Source of the DNA: an uncultured Bacteroidales bacterium
GTDB lineage: Bacteria > Bacteroidota > Bacteroidia > Bacteroidales > Bacteroidaceae
Assembly (NCBI GenBank): GCA_902774005.1
Contig: CACYGK010000013.1
Coordinates: 8,696 to 72,695, forward strand
Direction of reading: 5' to 3'
DNA length: 64,000 nucleotides
A model generated the notes under the pieces. It made no database searches, was not told the DNA's origin, and saw nothing but the letters and a program-made list of their open reading frames with translations. The number at the start of each line of letters is the position of its first letter. The stretch's first letter is position 1. Of the stretch, positions 11,340-23,541 are shown in pieces. Both the position numbers and the translations under genes were made by a program.

Positions 11340-14300
11340 TTAATTCATTTTGATTCCAGCTTCCTTCGACTTCACCACGAATGCACGATAGAGATCATTC
11401 AGATCTTCGTCGAGTTTGTCAGCCATTCTTGTGTACTTCTCGTTCTTCTCGCCCATCTGATCGTACGTCTGAACGATATTCAGCAGTATGCTCACCTCCT
11501 GATAGCAGTCTCTGTAGGCAGCAGCAAAACGGTATGTATTGAGCGAAAGATACCAGGAAAGATACTCCTTAGATTTCTTTGTCAATGCCTCCATTATATG
11601 ATTTGCCTTACCGAGTTCACCACATGCAATATACGAACTGATAAGATCGAACGAACCACCTGCCACGTCATGAGGAACATTATATTCTGGAATCTCCTCT
11701 TCACACTTGGCAAGGGCTTTCTTAGCCATATCAAATTTCTTTTCTCTTACCAGAGTGCTTATCAGATTTGCAAACCAACGGCGATGGGTGTAACACATAC
11801 GCATAGTGGTTTCATCGATATACAGTCCCGGCTGCTTCAAGTTTCCGTAACGATACTTATTCATCATGTTATCGTACATCTTCTCCGAATCTACAATCGT
11901 ATTCATCGGCACATTCTGCGAGAATGTGAACGGAGTGATACGCCATGCAATACCTTCCTGTATGAAGTTATAGTACAGTTTGCCATAATTGCTCGAACCC
12001 ACTGTCGTCGACATGTAGAGCGGACGTGAGAAGTTAGCCTCGGTTATCATCTCAAGCATCATGATAAAACTCTTCGACACACGGCCCTGACCGGCAAGAC
12101 TGATGACCATCTTATCAGGTATGCTGTCGTTCGGAATCATCATGCCCGACTTGCGCACAGCCTCCTTATCAACCGTGATATAGAGAGTGTCACTTGGCAG
12201 ACATGCCGGCAGATTGTCGGTAAGTTCCCTGTATTCTGCAGGAATATCCTCCTTGAGCAGGAACTTATGAATAGCAGTATGTGCCTCAAACGGATTATCG
12301 CCCCAAATCTTATGAGCAGTAACACTGTCCTGAGCATATACATGCTTAATAAAATCCTCCATCCTGACACCTTCGCCACTGAATCCTATCGTCGGGTTGA
12401 TTTCAATCATCTCGTTCTTACCGCTTGTATATTGCAGACGGCTCCACGTGATAGGCAGAGGACTCGACTGACCCTCACCCGAGAAGGCAGGGCGTTTCAT
12501 CTGGTCGATGTACCAGTCTGTCTGCAGATAACTCAGGTTGCACACACGCACATCCGTACGGTTACCTTCTGTATCTTCATTATACCAAAGTGGGAAGGTA
12601 TCGTTATCACCGTTGGTGAATATCACACCGTCGTGAGGAACTGTCTGGAGGTAGTTCAGTCCGAAGTCACGGCATACATATCTGCCACTACGGTCGTGGT
12701 CGTCCCAAGTCTGTGACACCATCTGAACAGGTACCGCTACAGCAGGAATCAGACACAGAATTGCCGAAATCATCGTATTTTTCGCCTCTTGTTTTGCGAA
12801 CAGTCTATTAAGCCATTCATATATGGCAGCGATACCAAGTCCGCACCATATTGAGAATGCATAGAACGAACCAGCATAAGCATAGTCACGTTCACGTGGC
12901 TGTACCGGAGTCTGGTTCAGATAGAGCACTATGGCAATACCTGTCATGAAAAACAGGAAGAAGACAACCCAGAACTGCTGAATGCCCTTCTTATCGCGGA
13001 ATGCCTGCCAGAAAAATCCGAGTAGTCCGAGAATGAGAGGCAGAGCATAGAACACATTGTGTCCCTTGTTTTCCTGCAACTCGGTAGGCAGTTTGGTCTG
13101 GTCGCCAAGACGCATTTCATCGAGAACATTGATACCAGTCAACCAGTTTCCGTGTTCCAGTTCGCCGTGACCCTGTATATCGTTCTGTCGTCCTGCGAAG
13201 TTCCACATGAAATAGCGCCAGTACATCCAGTTCATCTGATAAGAGAAGAAGAAACGCAGGTTAGCGGTCATAGTCGGAATTTCCAACGGACGACTTCCAT
13301 TGCCCGGAATCTCATACCTCACAGTCTTCGTACTCACATCGCCCAGCCACGACAGGTAATCATTCTTATGACTTTCATCATATATACGTGGGAAAAGCTG
13401 ACACTGATTAGCAGGATAAACCAGTTCTATCTTCTCACGGATCTTTACATATTCGTCTTTTTCATCGGGATTTTCCTTCTCTTTCTTCTGATACACAGGT
13501 GCACCGCTCTTTGTCTCGTACACGAGGTCGCCATCTGCATTGACCACCACGTTCGGCTGACTTGCATAGGTCTGTCCGAAGAAGAGCGGACGGTCACCAT
13601 ACTGTTCACGTCCCAGATACTCACCCAGTGTAAACACATCCTCCGGAGAGTTCTGATCCATCGGTGGATTGGCAGTAGAACGTATCACGATTACAGCGTA
13701 TGAAGAATAGCCGACAGTGATAAGTGCCATACAAAGGATAGCAGTATTCAGCAGGCGTGCCGTCACGCGACGGAGTGTGAATACGAAATAAGTACATATA
13801 GCCAGAACCACGATGCCAATCACGACACTGCTTGTTCCGTGTCCGTAGAACGGAATGCCGAGCAGAGCAAAACTAGTCAGCGCAGCAATATTCATCTGGG
13901 TACGGTTCTCACCTTTCTGAGTCACGTACATAGACCAGATAAGTACTACAGCCAGGATTACAAGATAAATGTAAAGACCTGTATTATAGCTCATGCCTAG
14001 AGCATTCACGAAGAGCAGTTCGAACCATCCGCCTACCTTTCCGATACCCGGCACTACACCGTACATCACAGCTACGATGATAAGTGCACTGACCATAAGC
14101 ATGATGAGCGAACCCTTTGTTGTCGGTTCCTTCACCTTCTTATAATAGTAAACCAAGACGATTGCAGGGATACAGAGCAGGTTGAGCAGGTGCACACCGA
14201 TACTCAGTCCGATGAGATATGCAATGAATACGAGCCAACGATCGGAGTGCGGTTTGTCGGCACTGTCTTCCCATTTCAGGATGAGCCAGAAAACCAAAGC

Positions 14301-14762
14301 CGTAAAGAAACTCGAAAATGCATATACTTCGCCTTCTACGGCTGAGAACCAGAACGTGTCAGACCAAGTATAGATGAGTGCTCCGGCAATACCGCTACCC
14401 ATGATAGCGATAGTCTGCGACATAGTCGGTTCTTCGCCTTTCTGACAGAACAGAGCCTTAGCCAAGTGGGTTATACTCCAGAACAGGAACAGGATACAAC
14501 CTGCCGACAGCAGGGCGTTCATCGTGTTCACCATCTTAGCTATCTGAGTTGCATCCGATGCAAACAGGCTGAAGAAATTTCCCATCAGCATGAAGAAAGG
14601 TGCACCGGGCGGGTGACCAACTTCCAGTTTCGCAGCGGTAGTTATAAACTCTGGGCAATCCCAGAAACTCGCCGTAGGCTCAATAGTTGAGCAGTAAGTG
14701 AATGCGGCAATTAAAAAAACGAGCCAACCGGTGACGTCGTTCGCGATTTTATACAATTTCAT
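11340..14762 (-). CDS. Large GT-C-fold membrane protein, DUF2723/TMEM260-like, with TPR-like C-terminal region
   Basis: 1140 aa. N-terminus reads TIEPTASFWDCPEFITTAAKLEVGHPPGAPFFML, followed by many TM helices and a soluble helical C-terminus. Confidence 0.65.
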   Translation of the reverse strand: MKLYKIANDVTGWLVFLIAAFTYCSTIEPTASFWDCPEFITTAAKLEVGHPPGAPFFMLMGNFFSLFASDATQIAKMVNTMNALLSAGCILFLFWSITHLAKALFCQKGEEPTMSQTIAIMGSGIAGALIYTWSDTFWFSAVEGEVYAFSSFFTALVFWLILKWEDSADKPHSDRWLVFIAYLIGLSIGVHLLNLLCIPAIVLVYYYKKVKEPTTKGSLIMLMVSALIIVAVMYGVVPGIGKVGGWFELLFVNALGMSYNTGLYIYLVILAVVLIWSMYVTQKGENRTQMNIAALTSFALLGIPFYGHGTSSVVIGIVVLAICTYFVFTLRRVTARLLNTAILCMALITVGYSSYAVIVIRSTANPPMDQNSPEDVFTLGEYLGREQYGDRPLFFGQTYASQPNVVVNADGDLVYETKSGAPVYQKKEKENPDEKDEYVKIREKIELVYPANQCQLFPRIYDESHKNDYLSWLGDVSTKTVRYEIPGNGSRPLEIPTMTANLRFFFSYQMNWMYWRYFMWNFAGRQNDIQGHGELEHGNWLTGINVLDEMRLGDQTKLPTELQENKGHNVFYALPLILGLLGFFWQAFRDKKGIQQFWVVFFLFFMTGIAIVLYLNQTPVQPRERDYAYAGSFYAFSIWCGLGIAAIYEWLNRLFAKQEAKNTMISAILCLIPAVAVPVQMVSQTWDDHDRSGRYVCRDFGLNYLQTVPHDGVIFTNGDNDTFPLWYNEDTEGNRTDVRVCNLSYLQTDWYIDQMKRPAFSGEGQSSPLPITWSRLQYTSGKNEMIEINPTIGFSGEGVRMEDFIKHVYAQDSVTAHKIWGDNPFEAHTAIHKFLLKEDIPAEYRELTDNLPACLPSDTLYITVDKEAVRKSGMMIPNDSIPDKMVISLAGQGRVSKSFIMMLEMITEANFSRPLYMSTTVGSSNYGKLYYNFIQEGIAWRITPFTFSQNVPMNTIVDSEKMYDNMMNKYRYGNLKQPGLYIDETTMRMCYTHRRWFANLISTLVREKKFDMAKKALAKCEEEIPEYNVPHDVAGGSFDLISSYIACGELGKANHIMEALTKKSKEYLSWYLSLNTYRFAAAYRDCYQEVSILLNIVQTYDQMGEKNEKYTRMADKLDEDLNDLYRAFVVKSKEAGIKMN

Positions 14763-14773
14763 TATTCAACAAT

Positions 14774-14818
14774 AAAAAAATCCGTTCAAGTTGCAAAGGT
14801 AGTGCAAATTGAACGGAC
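14774..14818 (-). terminator. groEL terminator hairpin (9-bp stem plus U7) whose loop carries the next gene's -7 box
   Basis: TCCGTTCAA (14781-14789) pairs with TTGAACGGA (14809-14817). On the minus strand it is followed by TTTTTTT. Confidence 0.7.
14794..14801 (-). promoter_or_regulatory. -7 box (TACCTTTG) for the DUF2723 gene
   Basis: Plus strand reads CAAAGGTA, 32 nt upstream of the ATG at 14762, inside the terminator loop. Confidence 0.6.
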
Positions 14819-14842
14819 TGCAAAATTATTGGGAATTTTTGT

Positions 14843-16486
<1,644 letters not shown>

Positions 16487-16512
16487 TTAATTGTTTCTGT
16501 TAATCACGTTGC

Positions 16513-16785
16513 TTATCCCAGTACTGCCAATACGTCCGACTGACGCATGATGAGGTACTTCACGTCATCCACTTCGATTTCTGTACCGGAGTATTTGCCG
16601 TAAAGCACGTTGTCACCTACCTTCAGAACCATCTCTTCGTCCTTGGTTCCGTTGCCTACTGCAACAACTTCGCCCTTCAAGGGCTTTTCCTTAGCTGTGT
16701 CAGGGATGATGATTCCACCGACTGTCTTTTCTTCTGCTTTTGCAGGCAGGATGAGAACTCTGTCTGCCAATGGTTTAATGTTCAT
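16513..16785 (-). CDS. groS: Co-chaperonin GroES
   Basis: [35 protein letters not shown]. Confidence 0.98.
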   Translation of the reverse strand: MNIKPLADRVLILPAKAEEKTVGGIIIPDTAKEKPLKGEVVAVGNGTKDEEMVLKVGDNVLYGKYSGTEIEVDDVKYLIMRQSDVLAVLG

Positions 16786-16970
16786 AATTATTAAGTTTTA
16801 AAGATTTTGAGCGTCAAAAGTTTTTTGAATTCCGAGCCACCTCCGTTCAAACGATATGCCAAGTCATTTTGGGTGACACATTCTGTGACAAATTGTCAGT
16901 CAATGCGCCAAATACATTATTTATTTATAGAAATATGGATTTTACTGAGAGTGTATTCAGAAAAAATGCC

Positions 16971-16978
16971 TACTTTTG
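16971..16978 (+). promoter_or_regulatory. -7 box (TACTTTTG) upstream of dxs
   Basis: GCCTACTTTTGCAATT, 64 nt before the dxs ATG. Confidence 0.55.
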
Positions 16979-17041
16979 CAATTTGAAATATAAGTATAGA
17001 GATAACTCGGCATAGCAGACACACGATTTAGACAAGAGGAA

Positions 17042-18952
17042 ATGGGCGATAAAATAGAATATAAATATCTGTCACATATTGATTACCCGTCAGATTTGCG
17101 CAAGCTGAAGGTTGAAGAACTGCCGGCTGTGTGCGACGAGTTGCGTACCGACATCCTTGAGGAACTGGCGGAGAATCCCGGGCACCTGGGAGCCAGTCTG
17201 GGAACGGTGGAACTCACCGTTGCCCTCCATTACGTCTTTAACACTCCCGATGACCGTATCGTATGGGACGTAGGACATCAGGCATACGGTCACAAGATTC
17301 TGACAGGTCGTCGTGACACATTCTGTACCAATCGCAAACTCCACGGACTCAAACCCTTCCCCTTCCCTTCCGAAAGCGAATACGACTCTTTCTGCTGCGG
17401 ACATGCCAGCAACTCCATCTCAGCTGCCCTAGGCATGGCAGTGAGTGCACGGTTGCAGGGTGAAAAGCGCAAGGTGGTAGCCGTCATAGGTGACGGAGCC
17501 ATGAGTGGCGGACTTGCTTTCGAGGGTATCAACAACGCAGCAGGCATACCTAACGACATGCTCATCGTACTGAACGACAACAGGATGTCCATCGACCGCA
17601 GTGTGGGAGGTATGCGTCAGTACCTGTTGCAACTCAGCACCAGCAGCACATACAATAACTTACGTCATCGTCTGGCACGGAAATTTACCGAATGGGGCAT
17701 CCTGACAGAAAACCGTCGTAAGGGACTCATCCGATTCAACAACAGTCTGAAGTCTGTACTCACTCGTCAGCAGAACGTGTTTGAAGGTATGGACATCCGT
17801 TACTTCGGTCCTGTCGATGGACACGACGTAAAGGAACTCGTCCGCGTGTTCAGCATCATAAAGGATATGACAGGTCCGAAGATTCTGCATGTCATCACTA
17901 CCAAAGGCAAGGGTTACGCACCAGCCGAGCAGGATGCCACGATATGGCACGCACCTGGTAAGTTCGACTTCGAAACAGGCGAACTGATTCGTCCCGATGA
18001 CGGTACACCGCGTCCTCCACGTTTTCAGGATGTATTCGGAATGACACTGCTGGAACTGGCACAAAAGAACGAACGTATAGTCGGAGTCACTCCCGCAATG
18101 CCTACCGGCTGTTCGATGAACATAATGATGAAGGCAATGCCCGAACGCACCTTCGACGTAGGAATAGCCGAGGGACATGCCGTCACCTTCTCCGGTGGAA
18201 TGGCAAAAGACGGGCTCCTCCCCTTTTGCAACATCTACTCCAGTTTCATGCAACGCGCCTACGACAACATCATACACGATGCCGCCATCATGCGCCTGAA
18301 CATGGTGCTCTGTCTTGACCGTGCCGGTATCGTAGGTGAAGACGGACCCACACACCACGGAGCCTTCGACCTGGCATTCCTCAGACCCATTCCGAACCTC
18401 ACCATCTGTTCTCCGCTGAACGAACCCGAACTCCGACGCATGATGTACACAGCCCAGCAAAAAGACATGGGTACGTTCGTCATCCGTTACCCACGTGGTT
18501 GCGGTTCGGTAATCGACTGGCGCTGCGAACTGGAAGCCATCCCTGTAGGAAAGGGAGTGAAGCTGAGAAACGAAGAGGAAGGAAAGGCAGACGTATGCAT
18601 CCTTTCGCTCGGACCCATCGGTATGGAGGCAGCACGTGCCATAACCATTGCCGAGATGAAAGCCGGACACACACTGAGTGTGGCACACTACGACATGCGG
18701 TTCCTGAAACCCATCGACGAAGAGATACTTCGCGAAGTGGGAAAGACATTCAAACGTGTCATCACCGTTGAAGACGGAGTCATCGAGGGTGGACTGGGAT
18801 CAGCAGTATTGGAGTTCTTTGCCGACAACGGATATAATGACATCGACGTCAGACGTGTCGGAATACCCGATGAGTTCGTAGAGCACGGCAAAGTAAAAGA
18901 ATTGTACAAAATCTGCGGCATGGACGCAGAAAGCATAGCGAACCTGTTATGA
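17042..18952 (+). CDS. dxs: 1-deoxy-D-xylulose-5-phosphate synthase
   Basis: [35 protein letters not shown]; 636 aa. Confidence 0.97.
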   Translation: MGDKIEYKYLSHIDYPSDLRKLKVEELPAVCDELRTDILEELAENPGHLGASLGTVELTVALHYVFNTPDDRIVWDVGHQAYGHKILTGRRDTFCTNRKLHGLKPFPFPSESEYDSFCCGHASNSISAALGMAVSARLQGEKRKVVAVIGDGAMSGGLAFEGINNAAGIPNDMLIVLNDNRMSIDRSVGGMRQYLLQLSTSSTYNNLRHRLARKFTEWGILTENRRKGLIRFNNSLKSVLTRQQNVFEGMDIRYFGPVDGHDVKELVRVFSIIKDMTGPKILHVITTKGKGYAPAEQDATIWHAPGKFDFETGELIRPDDGTPRPPRFQDVFGMTLLELAQKNERIVGVTPAMPTGCSMNIMMKAMPERTFDVGIAEGHAVTFSGGMAKDGLLPFCNIYSSFMQRAYDNIIHDAAIMRLNMVLCLDRAGIVGEDGPTHHGAFDLAFLRPIPNLTICSPLNEPELRRMMYTAQQKDMGTFVIRYPRGCGSVIDWRCELEAIPVGKGVKLRNEEEGKADVCILSLGPIGMEAARAITIAEMKAGHTLSVAHYDMRFLKPIDEEILREVGKTFKRVITVEDGVIEGGLGSAVLEFFADNGYNDIDVRRVGIPDEFVEHGKVKELYKICGMDAESIANLL

Positions 18953-20328
18953 AGATAATAATTGCTGGAGCCGGAGCAGTGGGTACACATCTTGCCCGTC
19001 TGCTTTCAAACGACAACATGGACGTAGTCCTTATGGATCAGGACGTGGAGAAACTGGTACGCCTCAACTCCACACTCGACATCATGACCCTGCCCAAAGC
19101 ACCTACGAGCATCGAAGCGCTGAAAGATGCAGGTGTGAAGGATGCCGACCTCTTCATTGCCGTCACACCCCACGAAAGCGAGAACCTCATCTGTTCGACC
19201 ATCGCCAAGCGACTGGGTGCGAAGAAAACCGTAGCCCGCATCGACAACTACGAATACATGAAACCCGACAACCGTCAGCTCTTCAAGGCGGCAGGTGTCG
19301 ATTCACTTATCTATCCGGAGTTGCTTGCAGCAAAAGACATCGCAGCATCATCCCGTTTCAGTTGGGTGCGCCAATTATGGGAATTCAACAACGGCGACCT
19401 CGTCATGCTGAGTATCAAGATGCACGATGCCTACCCCGTCTACGACAAGGAAATCAGCAACGAGAACAACATGCTCGTGGGTCGCACACTGAAAGAGATA
19501 GGTATGATGTATGGTCACCGTTTCCATGTCGTTGCCATACGTCGTCACGGAGAGACCGTCGTACCATACGGAGAAGAGAAGATCCTGCCTCGCGACCTTG
19601 TATTTTTCATGACTACACGCGAAGGAATCGAACAGATACGTCACCTGTCGGGCAAAGACAGCTATCCGGCAGTAAAACACGGAGTCATCATCGGTGGTGG
19701 CAAACTCTCCGTACGTACCGACTGGGCACTGCCCGACGACCTCTCGATGAAGATTATCGAACCGGATCACGAACGCTGTCTGCAACTCGGCAACCTGACC
19801 CAGCCACGCACACTCATCATCAATGGTGAAGGCTACGACATGGACCTCCTTGCCGACGAAGGATTCAGCAAACTGGAAGCATTCATCGCACTGACCAATA
19901 ACGACGAACAGAACATACTTGCCTGTGTCGCAGCACGCCGTAAGGGTGTGAAGAAAACCATCGCACAGGTGGAAAACCTCGATTACTTCGACATGGCTAC
20001 CGACCTCGACGTCGGAACCATCATCAACAAGAAGATGATTGCAGCCAGCCACATCTACCAGATGCTGCTGAAGAGCGATGTCGATAACGTGAAGATGCTG
20101 TCGTTCGCCGATGCCGACGTAGCTGAGTTCGTAGTCAAACCGAACTCGAAAGTAACCAAGAAGCCCATCATGGAACTGGGTATTCCACGTGGTGTAAACC
20201 TCGGTGGAATGGTGCGCGACGGCAAGTCGATGCTTATCAGCGGTAACACACAGATAAAAGCCGGCGACAAGGTCGTGGCATTCTGTATCGGAAACACACT
20301 CAAAAAACTCGATAAACTTTTCAAGTGA
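18949..20328 (+). CDS. trkA: Trk potassium uptake system, NAD-binding subunit TrkA
   Basis: [19 protein letters not shown] Rossmann start, two RCK halves; ATGA overlap with the dxs stop. Confidence 0.92.
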   Translation: MKIIIAGAGAVGTHLARLLSNDNMDVVLMDQDVEKLVRLNSTLDIMTLPKAPTSIEALKDAGVKDADLFIAVTPHESENLICSTIAKRLGAKKTVARIDNYEYMKPDNRQLFKAAGVDSLIYPELLAAKDIAASSRFSWVRQLWEFNNGDLVMLSIKMHDAYPVYDKEISNENNMLVGRTLKEIGMMYGHRFHVVAIRRHGETVVPYGEEKILPRDLVFFMTTREGIEQIRHLSGKDSYPAVKHGVIIGGGKLSVRTDWALPDDLSMKIIEPDHERCLQLGNLTQPRTLIINGEGYDMDLLADEGFSKLEAFIALTNNDEQNILACVAARRKGVKKTIAQVENLDYFDMATDLDVGTIINKKMIAASHIYQMLLKSDVDNVKMLSFADADVAEFVVKPNSKVTKKPIMELGIPRGVNLGGMVRDGKSMLISGNTQIKAGDKVVAFCIGNTLKKLDKLFK

Positions 20329-21806
20329 TAAACTGGAGACTCATACTGAAAGTACTAGGTGCCCTGCTCTTCATCGAAGCCGGACTGATGTTCATGTGTC
20401 AGATTATCTGCTGGCTCTATGAGGAAGGCATCGAAGCCTTCATGCCTCCTACGGCGATAGCGCTCGTGCTTGGAGGCATCGCCTATTATATCGGTAAAGA
20501 CTCCGGACGCAGCATGAGCCGAAAGGACGGTTACATCGTGGTTTCGAGTGTCTGGACACTCTTCACCCTCATCGGAATGCTGCCGTTCCTCATCTCGGGA
20601 GTGACCCGCGACTTTGCAAGTGCCTTCTTCGAGACCATGTCGGGATTCACCTCTACCGGAGCCACCATACTCGATGACATCGACAGCGTACCCAAAGGCA
20701 TACTCTTCTGGCGCAGTCTGACACAGTGGGTCGGCGGTATCGGAATCATCTTCTTCACCATCGCCATCCTGCCCGCCTTCGGCATAGGCGAAGTGAAACT
20801 GTTCGCCGCCGAGAGCACAGGTCCGCTCCATGACAAAGTCCACCCGCGCATCTCTGTCACAGCCCGATGGATTGGCTCGGTTTACCTGCTGCTCACCATC
20901 CTCTGCATCCTCTCCCTCATCATTTGCGGCATGGGATGGTTCGATGCCGTGAACTACTCGTTCGCCACTACCGCCACAGGTGGTTACGGCACCCACTCGG
21001 CACTTATCCACGATGTCTTCCACTCCCCTGCCATCGAATACGTGCTCACATTCTTCATGTTCGTCTCAGGCATCAACTACACACTTATATACTACACCAT
21101 CCTGAGGGGACGCTTCAGTTCGTTCCTGAAAGACGCAGAAGCAAGGGCATACATATTCATCGTGTTTGCCGCTGTGACCGTCTGCACCGTGACACTCTCA
21201 CTCTGTCAACCAGACCACGACGTCGAACTGGCATTCCGCGAGAGTGCCTTCACCGTGGTTTCCATGCAGACCACCACAGGACTGGCAACGTGCGACTACA
21301 CCCTCTGGCCCGTACAGCTCATGCCCGTCATCCTTTTCGTCATGTTTGCAGGAGCCTGCTCAGGCAGTACGAGCGGCGGTTTCAAATGTATAAGGCTCAG
21401 TATCATCTACAGGGTACTGAAAAACGAATTCACCCACATCCTGCATCCGCGTGCCATCATGCCGGTACGTGTCAACGGAGCAGTGATGCAACCATCCATC
21501 ATACAGACCCTCATCGGATTCATCACCCTCTTCGTCGGTTCGCTCTTCGTCGGTGCCTTCATCCTCGCACTCTTCGGAGTGAATCCGAACGACGTACACC
21601 CCGATTTCGACTACTACGAAGCCTTCGGCTTGGCTATGTCGAGCATCAGCAACGTAGGTCCGGGTATGGGTTACTACGGTCCGGTACATTCATGGGCAAT
21701 ACTCACACCGTTCGCAAAGATGATGTGCTCATTCCTCATGCTCATCGGACGTCTTGAGATATTCCCCATCATGATACTCTTCACACGCAGTTTCTGGAAA
21801 AAATAA
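20325..21806 (+). CDS. trkH: Trk potassium transporter membrane subunit TrkH
   Basis: Polytopic; GFTSTGAT and TTGGYG selectivity-filter-like motifs; GTG start overlapping the trkA stop (GTGA). Confidence 0.9.
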   Translation: MINWRLILKVLGALLFIEAGLMFMCQIICWLYEEGIEAFMPPTAIALVLGGIAYYIGKDSGRSMSRKDGYIVVSSVWTLFTLIGMLPFLISGVTRDFASAFFETMSGFTSTGATILDDIDSVPKGILFWRSLTQWVGGIGIIFFTIAILPAFGIGEVKLFAAESTGPLHDKVHPRISVTARWIGSVYLLLTILCILSLIICGMGWFDAVNYSFATTATGGYGTHSALIHDVFHSPAIEYVLTFFMFVSGINYTLIYYTILRGRFSSFLKDAEARAYIFIVFAAVTVCTVTLSLCQPDHDVELAFRESAFTVVSMQTTTGLATCDYTLWPVQLMPVILFVMFAGACSGSTSGGFKCIRLSIIYRVLKNEFTHILHPRAIMPVRVNGAVMQPSIIQTLIGFITLFVGSLFVGAFILALFGVNPNDVHPDFDYYEAFGLAMSSISNVGPGMGYYGPVHSWAILTPFAKMMCSFLMLIGRLEIFPIMILFTRSFWKK

Positions 21807-21825
21807 ACTAACACTATATAAGATT

Positions 21826-22536
21826 ATGAAAAAATTCAACCGAATACTGCTCAAGCTCTCGGGCGAGAGTCTGGCAGGCGAACAGAAGCAAGGCATCAAC
21901 ACCGAACGCCTGAACGACTATGCACGTCAGATAAAGGAAATAGCCGACATGGGTGTCCAGATAGGCATCGTGATAGGTGGAGGCAACATCTTCCGCGGAC
22001 TCACCGGAGCCGGCAAGGGTTTCGACCGTGTCAAGGGCGACCAGATGGGTATGTGTGCCACAGTCATCAACTCACTTGCGCTGAGCAGTGCCCTCGATGC
22101 CATCGGACAGAAGAACAAAGTGCTCACAGCCATCCGCATGGAACCCATCGGTGAGTTCTACACCAAGTGGAAAGCCATCGAGGCTATGGAAGAAGGCAAA
22201 GTGGTCATCATGTCAGCCGGTACCGGTTCGCCCTACTTCACCACCGACACAGGTTCCAGTCTGCGAGGCATCGAAATCGAAGCCGACGTCATGCTGAAAG
22301 GCACACGTGTCGACGGCATCTACACGGCAGACCCCGAGAAAGACCCCACAGCAACCAAATTCAACGACATAACATACGCCGACGTCATAGCACGCGGACT
22401 GAAGGTAATGGACATCACGGCTACAGCCATGTGCATGCAGAACAACCTGCCCATCTACGTCTTCAACATGGATGAGTTTGGAAACCTGAAGAAAGTAATC
22501 GAAGGAGAAAACATCGGCACACTCGTACACAACTAA
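21826..22536 (+). CDS. pyrH: UMP kinase
   Basis: RILLKLSGESLAG...GIVIGGGNIFRG...SAGTGSPYFTTDT. Confidence 0.96.
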   Translation: MKKFNRILLKLSGESLAGEQKQGINTERLNDYARQIKEIADMGVQIGIVIGGGNIFRGLTGAGKGFDRVKGDQMGMCATVINSLALSSALDAIGQKNKVLTAIRMEPIGEFYTKWKAIEAMEEGKVVIMSAGTGSPYFTTDTGSSLRGIEIEADVMLKGTRVDGIYTADPEKDPTATKFNDITYADVIARGLKVMDITATAMCMQNNLPIYVFNMDEFGNLKKVIEGENIGTLVHN

Positions 22537-23489
22537 TGGCATTCAACGGATTATTCAAGAAAAAAGAACACAAGGGATTCACGGCATGTGAAATCCTGAC
22601 TCTTATCTACATGGTCATAACCACCATTATGACCGTGGGCAACTGGGATGAGATAGACCACCCCTTTACCCTTCTAGCCGTACGTGCCGGCATCCTGGCA
22701 GGCATGGGTGTGCTGTATCTGGTTTACCGTCTGTTCCCTTGCCGTCTTACATGGCTTCTGCGCAGTATGTTCCCACTCGTCATGCTGGCATACTGGTACC
22801 CCGAGACATACAACTTCGCCCGGTGCTACCCCTACTACGACCATGTCTTTGCACAGGCCGACATGGACATCTGGGGCTTCCAGCCATCGATAGAATTCAG
22901 CAAGGCAGTCACCTCACTCTTTTGGTGCGAAGCACTCAACATGGGCTACTACAGCTACTACTTCATGATGGGTGGAGTACTCCTATTCTGTCTGCTTGCC
23001 CGTTTCAAGGATTCAGAGCGTTACATATTCATCTTCCTCGGCTCGTTCTTCATCTACTACCTCATATTCGAATTCCTGCCCGTAGCAGGTCCCTACTACT
23101 ACTTTAAGGCCATAGGACTTGATGCTGCACGCCGCGGGGATTATCCCGACCTCGGACATTACTTCGCCACACACGGCGAACTCATCCATGCCGAGGTGCG
23201 CGGAATCTTCAGCAAACTCGTTTACGACATTCAGGTAGCAGGCGAGAACCCCGTAGGAGCCTTCCCCAGCAGTCATGTAAGCATGAGTACGGTCACGATG
23301 CTCATTGCCTGGCACACACGCAACCGCTGGCTCTTCTGGTGCCTCATGCCACTCTACCTCCTGCTCTGCGTAGCCACAGTATATATAATGGCACACTACA
23401 CCGTAGATACCATTGCCGGACTCGTAAGTGCCGTAATGCTCTACTACCTGATGAACTGGTTCTACCGCTGGCTACACCGGCGCCCATAA
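22536..23489 (+). CDS. PAP2-superfamily membrane phosphatase/transferase
   Basis: Multi-TM protein with FPSSHVSMS and MAHYTVDTIAG (PAP2 motifs C2/C3). Its start overlaps the pyrH stop (TAATG). Confidence 0.6.
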   Translation: MAFNGLFKKKEHKGFTACEILTLIYMVITTIMTVGNWDEIDHPFTLLAVRAGILAGMGVLYLVYRLFPCRLTWLLRSMFPLVMLAYWYPETYNFARCYPYYDHVFAQADMDIWGFQPSIEFSKAVTSLFWCEALNMGYYSYYFMMGGVLLFCLLARFKDSERYIFIFLGSFFIYYLIFEFLPVAGPYYYFKAIGLDAARRGDYPDLGHYFATHGELIHAEVRGIFSKLVYDIQVAGENPVGAFPSSHVSMSTVTMLIAWHTRNRWLFWCLMPLYLLLCVATVYIMAHYTVDTIAGLVSAVMLYYLMNWFYRWLHRRP

Positions 23490-23513
23490 ACTGTAAGCAG
23501 TAAACTGTAAGCT
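23486..23513 (+). repeat. 7-nt-period tract ATAAACT GTAAGCA GTAAACT GTAAGCT
   Basis: Read directly; includes the TAA stop codon of the PAP2 gene (23487-23489). Confidence 0.9.
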
Positions 23514-23515
23514 AA

Positions 23516-23541
23516 AAGGCAACATCATTGAATGTTGCCTT
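23516..23541. terminator. Hairpin between convergent PAP2 gene and hflX
   Basis: AAGGCAACAT cattga ATGTTGCCTT, a 10-bp perfect stem; it overlaps the hflX 3' end. Confidence 0.6.

Noticed and set aside
16786-17041. CIRCE (TTAGCACTC-n9-GAGTGCTAA) heat-shock operator upstream of groES
   Set aside because: I looked for it and did not find it, and no clean TAnnTTTG box was identified for groES either. The region is left unannotated apart from the dxs promoter.
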